From an uncultured virus (IMG/VR IMGVR_UViG_3300008261_000008) (lineage: Duplodnaviria; Heunggongvirae; Uroviricota; Caudoviricetes), in the IMG/VR virus record IMGVR_UViG_3300008261_000008: DNA of 64,000 bases; one strand, written 5' to 3'. Each line of letters opens with the position of its first letter. Positions within the stretch are counted from its first letter, which is position 1. The notes beneath the pieces were generated by a model. The model ran no database searches, was not told where the DNA came from, and worked only from the letters and a program-made list of their open reading frames with translations. Shown here piece after piece: positions 59,401 through 64,000 of this stretch. The position numbers were made by a program, and so were the translations under genes.

Positions 59401-62400
59401 TTTGTACATCTGTACATGCAGTTGTACTGGAAACACCTACGTTACCTCCACCTCCGTTATATGTTTCTGGTCCACTAGAAACATTCAAATTCTTATTTGT
59501 GAGAAGATTTGTAATAGCTCTTCTCATCTGAGTTCCAGCTTGTTGGAATCCGTAAATTGTTTGTTGTTCTTCTCCAGCTAAACTGGTAGTTCCTACACCA
59601 ACAAAATAGAATCCTGTGAAAGCTCTTGCATAATTATTACCACCAGTAAAGACATCAGTAGAGACTGCATCAACAAAGTATCCCAAGTCTCTCTGACACT
59701 TAGCTGAAGAAACTCCAGAAGACCAAAGTGTTGGGTATTGAACGGATATTGCAGTTAAAGCGGTAGCAACAATCTCACTCTTATTAATTTGGATTAATCT
59801 ATAAGCATCATAATATCTGGAATCTTCTGTAGTTGATGTGACTCCAGGGCCTGGAACATAGAATCCTGTTGGGAATCCAATAGCAATAGATGCGATTGAT
59901 TTATCTACGATTTCTTGTTTGTTAATCTGGATTAACTTATAAGAATCATAATATCTGGATCTTTCATTAGTTTCTTGTTCACCTGGGAAGTAGAATCCAG
60001 TTGTAGCAGCAAGAGCTACAGATGCAAGAGACTTATCAATAATTTCTTGACGGTTGCCAATGATCAGATTTCTAGCATCTTTAGATCTATGGAAGTAGTT
60101 TGTATTTGTATTCTCTGGATCATCAATAATTGTAAAATCAAAAGTTTGAGATACTGCAGTCTGATAAAGGGTTGGTGGCGACTGGTTATTAATAATATAT
60201 TGACCAAGGAATTTAATATACTCATATGCAAAAATAGCCTCTTCTTCTTCACCTGCAACATATGAAGTAGCACCAGACCAATACGCTAATCCAGCTTCTC
60301 TAGACTTGGAATTTCCACCAAATCTAATATCATAAGCTAATGCATCTACAAGATATCCAATATCTCTTTTACAAATTACTGGATCATAATCCATCAAACG
60401 AGTTGAAATATCCTCATAGTTGAATTCAAGATAAGCTACTACTTCTTCTTTAATGAATTCTTTGTTGGATTCAATTAAATTACCAGCATCAAGGTATCTT
60501 TGACCAGGAATGATAAAGCTATCAAAAGATGCTAATTGTGATGCCCTCTTAATGGTTTTAACTGGAAGAGTTTTACCATCATTTGCGTCATCACCATTAA
60601 CTGAAGAAACATAATATCTGTTTTCATACAATCCAGTACCAGTTGCAAATCCCAGAGTTCCATCTGCATTTAAACCAAGTAATTGTCCATTCTGACCTAA
60701 TGTTGGTGGTAAAACCAAATCATAATTGGTTGCAATTCCAAGTTGTGATGTCTTAAATGTAACGTTATTTCTAAGAGAAGTAAATGTATTAATTCCAGAA
60801 ACTTGAACATTCGTAAATACACCGACGTTACCGGTAATACTGTTAACACCGCTTACATTATTATTGTTTCCATTTATTGTTACTGAAGACGATCCAATTG
60901 TTAAAATTCCAGTAATTCTTGCATTACCAGTTACAACTAAACTTGTATTACCAGTACCAATTCTAACATTACCAAGTGTAGAAATACCACTTACATTGAT
61001 GTTTGTTGCACTTAAGTGAGTAACGAATCCAAGAGTTGCATTTAAATTATCTACGTTACCATTAACAATATTAACATTTTGTCCTATTAGTGAACTTGCG
61101 TTTGCACTGGTTATAATACCAGAATTAATATATGCAGTATTAATATTAAATGCAGTCGCTACCGCTGTTGTAATTCCAAGATAAGTCGCAATTCCACTAT
61201 TTACATTTAAAGTATTGACAGTAGCAGTTGTTATATTTGCATTTGTTATAATACCTGCATTGATTTTTGCTTCATTAGTTACACTACTAGTAATTCCAAG
61301 ATAAGTTGCAATACCGGCGTTAAGATAAAGCAGGTTAGCAGAACCAGAAGTAATTCCTACATTTGTAATAATACCTGTATTAACATAAGAGGTTCCTGAA
61401 TAAGAAACTCTTACATCCAAATAAGTTGCAACTCCAGTGTTTACATTTAATCTATCAATAGTTGCGGTAGTTATTCCAGCAGAGGTAATTACACCAACAT
61501 TGATGTTTGCTCTATCAGTTAAACTAGTTGTAACACCGAGATAAGTTGCAAACCCAATGTTTATATTTGCTGATCCAATATATGCAGTGTTTATATGAGC
61601 AGTTGTTACAATACCAGTATTAATATTAGCTTGATTTGTATATGAAGTGGTAACATTCGCATTTGTTATTGTTGCCGCAGTAATTACACCAACATTAATA
61701 TTAGCACGATTTGTATAAGATGTAGAAATACTAGAATTTGTTACTACTTCTGAATCTATTATAGCCGAAGTAATAATTCCAGTATTAATATTAGCCACAT
61801 TACTATATGATGTGGTGATGTTGGCATTAGTTATTATTGCCGCAGTAATCACACCAACATTAATATTGGCTTGATTTGTATAAGATGTTGAAATTCCTGC
61901 ATTTTGAATTGTTGCATATTCGATAGATGCATTAGTAATGATGCCACTATTAATATTAGCAGTATTAGTATAAGAATTCGTGGCATTTATATTAGTAACC
62001 GTAGCCGCAGTTATGAATCCTACGTTAATATTAGCTACATTAGTGTATGAACTTGTGATGCCTGCATTAGTTATTACTGCAGATGTTAAAATACCACTAT
62101 TGATATTAGCTTGATTTGTATATGAAGTAGTGATATTTGCATTAGTGATTATAGCACCAGTAATAATTCCCGTGTTAATATTGCCAGAGTTTACATATAG
62201 TGTTGAAACAGATCCATTAGTTATCGTCGCGGCGGTAATTAAACCTACGTTAATATTAGCTTGATTTGTGTATGAAGTGCTAATATTCGCATTAGTTACT
62301 ATTGCATTTGTTATAGTTGCATTAGTAATAATACCACTATTAATGTTAGCTACATTAGTATATGATGTAGTGATTCCTGCATTAGTTATTATGGCTTCAG

Positions 62401-64000
62401 TGATGATACCACTATTGATATTAGCTTGATTTGTATATGAAGTAGTGATATTTGCATTAGTTACTGTAGCCGCAGTTATAAATCCTACATTAATATTAGC
62501 TACATTAGTATAGGACGTAGTAATATTGGCATTAGTCGTTACTTCATTTGTTATAGTTGCATTAGTGATAATTCCACTATTAATGTTAGCTACATTAGTG
62601 TATGATGTGGTGATTCCTGCATTAAGAATAGTTGCATATTCAATAGTTGCAGCAGTAATAATACCACTATTAATGTTAGCTACATTAGTATAGGACGTAG
62701 TAATATTGGCATTAGTGATTATAGCACCAGTAATAATTCCTGTATTAATGTTGCCAGAATTGACATATAGATTTGAAACTGATCCATTAGTTATTGTTGC
62801 TGCAGTGATAATACCAGTATTGATATTAGCTGTATTTGTGTAAGAGGTTATAATATCTGCATTAGTTACTACTGCCTCAGTAATTACACCTACATTGATA
62901 TTAGCTCTATTTGTATAAGAAGTAGAGATTCCTGCATTAGTAATAGTAGCGGAATCAATAGTGGCTGAAGTAATAATTCCACTATTAATGTTAGCTACAT
63001 TAGTATATGATGTAGTGATTCCTGCATTAGTTATTATGGCTTCAGTGATGATACCAGTATTAATATTGGCCTGGTTTGTATAAGAGGTGGTAGTAAAGGA
63101 GTTGTCAATAATACTAGTCTGGCCAGTTAACGAAGTTACAACGCCAAGATTAATATTAGCTACATTAGTGTATGATGTGGTAATATTGGCATTAGTAATA
63201 GTTGCGCCAGCAATAGTAGCCGAAGTAATAATTCCACTATTAATATTGGCTACATCAGTATAAGACGTGGAGATTCCAGCATTAACAATAGTTGCAAACT
63301 GAGTATTAGAACTTGTAATTCCCGCTTGACTAATCGTAGCTGATGTTATAATTCCAGTATTAATATTGGCTTCATTAGAGTAAGATGTTGCAACAAATGA
63401 AAATGAGGTTATTCCAACATTAATATCTGCCGAACTAATAGTTGCACTAGTAATAATGCCAGTATTAATATTAGCAATGTTTGTATAAGAGGTGGAAATT
63501 CCAGCATTAGAAATAGTCGCACTAGAAATAGTAGCTGTAGTAATAATTCCACTATTAATATTGGCTTGATTTGTGTAGGAAGTGGTAATATTGGCGTTGG
63601 TAATAGTGGCACCAGTAATCGTAGCTGTAGTAACAATACCGATGTTAATATTAGCTTGATTTGTATATGATGTTGTTATACCAACATTACCTATGGTAGC
63701 ATTAGTAATAATACCTGTGTTAATATTAGCTTGATTAGTGTAAGACGTGCTAATATTAGCATTAGTTACGGTAGCACCAGTAATTGTAGCAGTAGTAATG
63801 ATACCACTATTAATATTAGCCGTATTTGTATAAGAATTCGTAGCGTTTATATTAGTAACAGTAGCTCCACCAATTGTAGCAGTTGTGAGGATACCAATAT
63901 TGATGTTTGCCTGATTAGTTGTAGATGTCTGTACATTAAGGTTAGTAATTCCAGCACCAGTTATGGTTGCAGAAGTAATGATACCAATATTAATCCTAGC
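50495..64000 (-). CDS. giant tail fibre / structural protein (>4500 aa, 5'-truncated): pentapeptide beta-repeat stalk, beta-helix head with phycobiliprotein-like inserts, fibre repeats, C-terminal peptidase S74 chaperone
   Basis: The frame of the 3785-aa track ORF continues upstream to base 64000 (ARINIGIITSATIT...), with no stop seen by manual reading. S74 motif SDIKLKTNI...IGVVAQEVE...LIEAIKE at 50495-50783. Confidence 0.85.
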   Translation of the reverse strand, partial: ARINIGIITSATITGAGITNLNVQTSTTNQANINIGILTTATIGGATVTNINATNSYTNTANINSGIITTATITGATVTNANISTSYTNQANINTGIITNATIGNVGITTSYTNQANINIGIVTTATITGATITNANITTSYTNQANINSGIITTATISSATISNAGISTSYTNIANINTGIITSATISSADINVGITSFSFVATSYSNEANINTGIITSATISQAGITSSNTQFATIVNAGISTSYTDVANINSGIITSATIAGATITNANITTSYTNVANINLGVVTSLTGQTSIIDNSFTTTSYTNQANINTGIITEAIITNAGITTSYTNVANINSGIITSATIDSATITNAGISTSYTNRANINVGVITEAVVTNADIITSYTNTANINTGIITAATITNGSVSNLYVNSGNINTGIITGAIITNANITTSYTNVANINSGIITAATIEYATILNAGITTSYTNVANINSGIITNATITNEVTTNANITTSYTNVANINVGFITAATVTNANITTSYTNQANINSGIITEAIITNAGITTSYTNVANINSGIITNATITNAIVTNANISTSYTNQANINVGLITAATITNGSVSTLYVNSGNINTGIITGAIITNANITTSYTNQANINSGILTSAVITNAGITSSYTNVANINVGFITAATVTNINATNSYTNTANINSGIITNASIEYATIQNAGISTSYTNQANINVGVITAAIITNANITTSYSNVANINTGIITSAIIDSEVVTNSSISTSYTNRANINVGVITAATITNANVTTSYTNQANINTGIVTTAHINTAYIGSANINIGFATYLGVTTSLTDRANINVGVITSAGITTATIDRLNVNTGVATYLDVRVSYSGTSYVNTGIITNVGITSGSANLLYLNAGIATYLGITSSVTNEAKINAGIITNANITTATVNTLNVNSGIATYLGITTAVATAFNINTAYINSGIITSANASSLIGQNVNIVNGNVDNLNATLGFVTHLSATNINVSGISTLGNVRIGTGNTSLVVTGNARITGILTIGSSSVTINGNNNNVSGVNSITGNVGVFTNVQVSGINTFTSLRNNVTFKTSQLGIATNYDLVLPPTLGQNGQLLGLNADGTLGFATGTGLYENRYYVSSVNGDDANDGKTLPVKTIKRASQLASFDSFIIPGQRYLDAGNLIESNKEFIKEEVVAYLEFNYEDISTRLMDYDPVICKRDIGYLVDALAYDIRFGGNSKSREAGLAYWSGATSYVAGEEEEAIFAYEYIKFLGQYIINNQSPPTLYQTAVSQTFDFTIIDDPENTNTNYFHRSKDARNLIIGNRQEIIDKSLASVALAATTGFYFPGEQETNERSRYYDSYKLIQINKQEIVDKSIASIAIGFPTGFYVPGPGVTSTTEDSRYYDAYRLIQINKSEIVATALTAISVQYPTLWSSGVSSAKCQRDLGYFVDAVSTDVFTGGNNYARAFTGFYFVGVGTTSLAGEEQQTIYGFQQAGTQMRRAITNLLTNKNLNVSSGPETYNGGGGNVGVSSTTACTDVQNTIVSLVGIVTAAIGVGNTSGLPAVNYGDFDLNVIGYGMTEGIWKCARDTGFFIDAVSTDVFTGGNNYARAFTGFYFSNVGNLLADGLAGETAESNYVFESARDYMKKAVTNQLNSRDLTITADPVTGFNTDPNSCSNVRSTIDTLTGIVTTAVGSGSTAGIGATTNYGYFLVNSTYNVSDFVGIGTTNVVGGRKCARDLGYIVDAVAQDISYGTNQHILYATKKYFDGAGAARTDGLLGEEVISAYAFQSLGTYAKRAVTNWLNYQDLSIQNDVSVGSTNKDVNVCANIRSNIDNLVGILTTAVISGSIVGIATTNLGLTDCADVRSALVNYVGIITTIVGLGTTAAPALVAPGTQSQPVCIIVEAGNYVEDNPIILYDDVAIVGDNLRNTIIRPANAGKDLFRVRNGIYLTGFAMKDAIDLAGVPQNTFDYAVAFDDPSDNLTSRAGYATKLDKPTITRSPYIQNCSILSFLGGNGMLVDGNKVLTPNVPLISEEVEVGPDAIQPEQGKSMVAAAFTMVSFGGIGWRVINDGYSQVVSCFQIFCRYGSLAQSGGYLSITNSATNFGLYALRSTGYSRNSFIFDRGRVAATGTSGGLQTLKAVGYGRSDVENYILRFFDGNGVDRTSQFKPAVTVKEFNGATGVGLTENTITITTHGFNNADPVIYNGDEQVIPNRIVGGLVNDNQYYVVYIDADNFKLAEDESLNTIVDLTSLSTGIHTITKSTQDFFVKEIIDSHNSYQKLTLAGVGSTASFVSGRLISQTVVGGTATGFAVTYNNTTRELIVALELSSGVRRNFSVTNGTTVLNINDHSPSPISIGVSAVVGLTTYWTVEFKTDSTIAGTLVQNIGTLPEVYKLHFHRPSIVNSSSHTWEFSGSGIDYNALPQNGGQTDPRSEQVSELGGRVYSSGTNELGDFKIGDSIVAYNRTGNIIFNNTVTIGTLDSIRLSLSGGNVIEEFSTDTDLGDNEIGGPKHSRVPTQLSTRSFLNNRLGDFIDKSVSTNAIPNAVVQLNSIGQINADLIPPKTVNYYKSSVDGGRTQLVNYIPATSLVSGDTVVEPTDSFVLITDTVGQYLVLNNSTVYNFLNGDEVVSVTSGGGAIGVVTAPPRIGVGLGTTTLSFPNVGYGTTGLVRGVPLTLNSLVGGSGYNNPGIYTGVRLDTSTGIGTGITATITVGVSGTVTNVAINTGGYKFAVGDVLTLNNPTPIGGRTGGSNFTVNIATVETRLYLALSNGQKFPGSSALSDFVSDRNAVAISTNIGIGYTVTFTPTDISVGGSVDFANDRIVVGSGHSFVDGDPVIYRSGGGTPIGPLLDTTTYYIKTVGLTSVQLYSTYALVTIKDLTSSGTLTHSLSRVGVNTLTDQITFKNHGLSQGEAVKVTGNTPTGITTGSFYFAGSVTTNSFTFHETRAAALASINGLLLNTVSLAGGTINSAVGIMTLTEQNVEYSRTVNTSSSDTNNWSLLSVGSLDASNIITGTLSPSRLGSGTANDQTFLRGDSSYQKVITSVGIGTTQPIGVTATSSELAPGGVGVNTYYGNINITLNRAQTSSDEYSTLGVSRFKSSTFTVGTDGAISIKNSVTGDVDAATLGGQNSAYYLDILNSTGTLPVTRGGTNLTAAPSLGFTLLGNGSSYTLTGSPEFAGVVGAGFTVLIDKDISFANSSNWTGNKAAKIQYFNGSLYNQYTTNWILRNSGGTDVVTVSVAGTGTFTGAIQATRFTSTQATGTAPFTVSSTTLVTNLNADLLDGKNTGTSGNTIPLLDGSNTWSGTQLFSSSFEAEAKTKDDITTRTKSGFWQTDTATTAEGWPQTTNTWYHLLSSTHSNTANYYAMQFAGSFYNSNDIYYRSTNGSGTTAWNKLWHQGNDGSGSGLDADLLDGLNSSTTNTVSTIVSRDAWGGFSAGIVTATSFVGPLTGNVTGNLTGNVTGNLTGNISNTVTGTATTELVRGNMADNDFFRILIGGTTSNAGYVEIATADDGTEPIYVRQYSGTFTSLQRTATLLDGSGNTTFPGIVTATRFISNVSTGTAPFTVTSTTQVTNLNASLLEGYSTDSANTASRIVLRNVLGGFAAGIVTATSFVGPLTGNVTGNVTGNVSGTAGGLSGTPSITINALTATSAVVGTNVVLNSTGINVTGIITATSFVGPLTGNVTGNATGLSGTPSITINALTATSGVVGTNVVLNSTGINVTGVVTATSFVGPLTGNVTGNATGLSGTPSITVNTITATSGIITSIELGNLTDTTITRASAGRIAVEGVNVVTVSSTDTLTNKTIAAGSNTISGLTNANLSGSAGITNANLANSTISGVSLGSNLNTLTLNTSGTGLSGSTTYNGSGAVTFTVTSNATSANTAGAIVSRDASGNFSAGTISATTFSGGAGTFSNNVTINDGGASSNTTAFGTYKRLVFDNSFNDAARGPNKITLYNDGSTWAGGFGIHSDTVSYYSGGTHRWYKVNSQTSFSEILTLTAAGALTAASTISATRLISTVATGTAPFTVSSTTEVTNLNAALLNGFSSATTNTGNTIVRRDASGNINGNTITGTTIVGGTGTAIGGGGLVVNGTTGDNDSQLIIKKPSQSSFGVLTWDGIVFLSSNIYYTDGSWVHSAPAGNNNNQLFLLQPGSGARWYASNNATGSWNVASNLELWNDSGTWQRPLANTLTMNTSGTGISGSTTYNNSGAATFTVTSNATAANTASTIVARDAFGNFNAGIITATFSGTFNGSINGNATGLTGTPSVTVNALTATSATIGTNVIVNSTGIRVTGVTTSTGGFVGALTGNVSGNVTGNVTGNVTGNLTNTVTGTNTTELVRGNMADNDQFRILIGGTASNAGYVEIATADDGTEPIYVRQYTGVFSTLTRTATLLDGSGNTTFPGTVTAQSDIKLKTNINTIEKALEKVLKLRGVEYDRIDMNGEHQIGVVAQEVEEVIPELVFETEDGTKSVAYGNMVAVLIEAIKEQQSQIEDLKNQINELKK
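50798..53602 (-). repeat. 77-codon module duplicated within the fibre gene (53372-53602 and 50798-51028)
   Basis: NTVTGT.TTELVRGNMADND.FRILIGGT.SNAGYVEIATADDGTEPIYVRQY...TATLLDGSGNTTFPG present in both copies. Confidence 0.9.
60900..64000 (-). repeat. degenerate tandem coding repeat (5-aa periodicity; SYTNQ-ANINT-GIITS-ATITN)
   Basis: Dozens of ANINxGII motifs; includes an exact 78-nt duplicate at 62334-62411 and 62979-63056. Confidence 0.9.

Noticed and set aside
60900..64000. Possible CRISPR array or non-coding repeat
   Set aside because: The repeats are degenerate at third codon positions and preserve one reading frame; there is no repeat-spacer structure and no cas gene.

Overview
This 64-kb window is the conserved core of a T4-like cyanomyovirus genome (Kyanoviridae-type gene set and order), with every credible gene on the minus strand. 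In transcription order (right to left) it carries: a giant fibre/structural protein running off the right edge (>4500 aa); the neck, tail and head module (gp13-gp14-gp15-gp16-gp17-gp18-gp19-gp20-gp21-gp22-gp23-gp3); uvsY, uvsW, gp55, gp47 and gp46; a vWA-peptidase/CobS-like AAA pair split by an AT-rich insertion; gp45, denV-like, gp44, DruA-like, gp62, regA, hsp20, gp43, uvsX, 2OG-Fe(II) oxygenase, gp41, mazG and a cytidyltransferase; then several late charged proteins. Four observations stand out. (1) The giant fibre contains four phycobiliprotein-like (globin-fold) units with both bilin-attachment-type cysteines (CxRD and a C-terminal Cys helix), nested Russian-doll fashion inside a beta-helix head. 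(2) Several proteins start with a T4 capsid-targeting-like sequence (MKxFxxFxxE), including the cytidyltransferase, and there are Glu-punctuated modular polyproteins sharing peptide modules. (3) An unannotated 58-aa NblA-like ORF sits upstream of the terminase large subunit. (4) Promoter-inside-terminator switches recur, and an antisense sigma70 promoter lies back-to-back with the gp55 promoter. All calls are by-eye motif recognition; no database searches were run.
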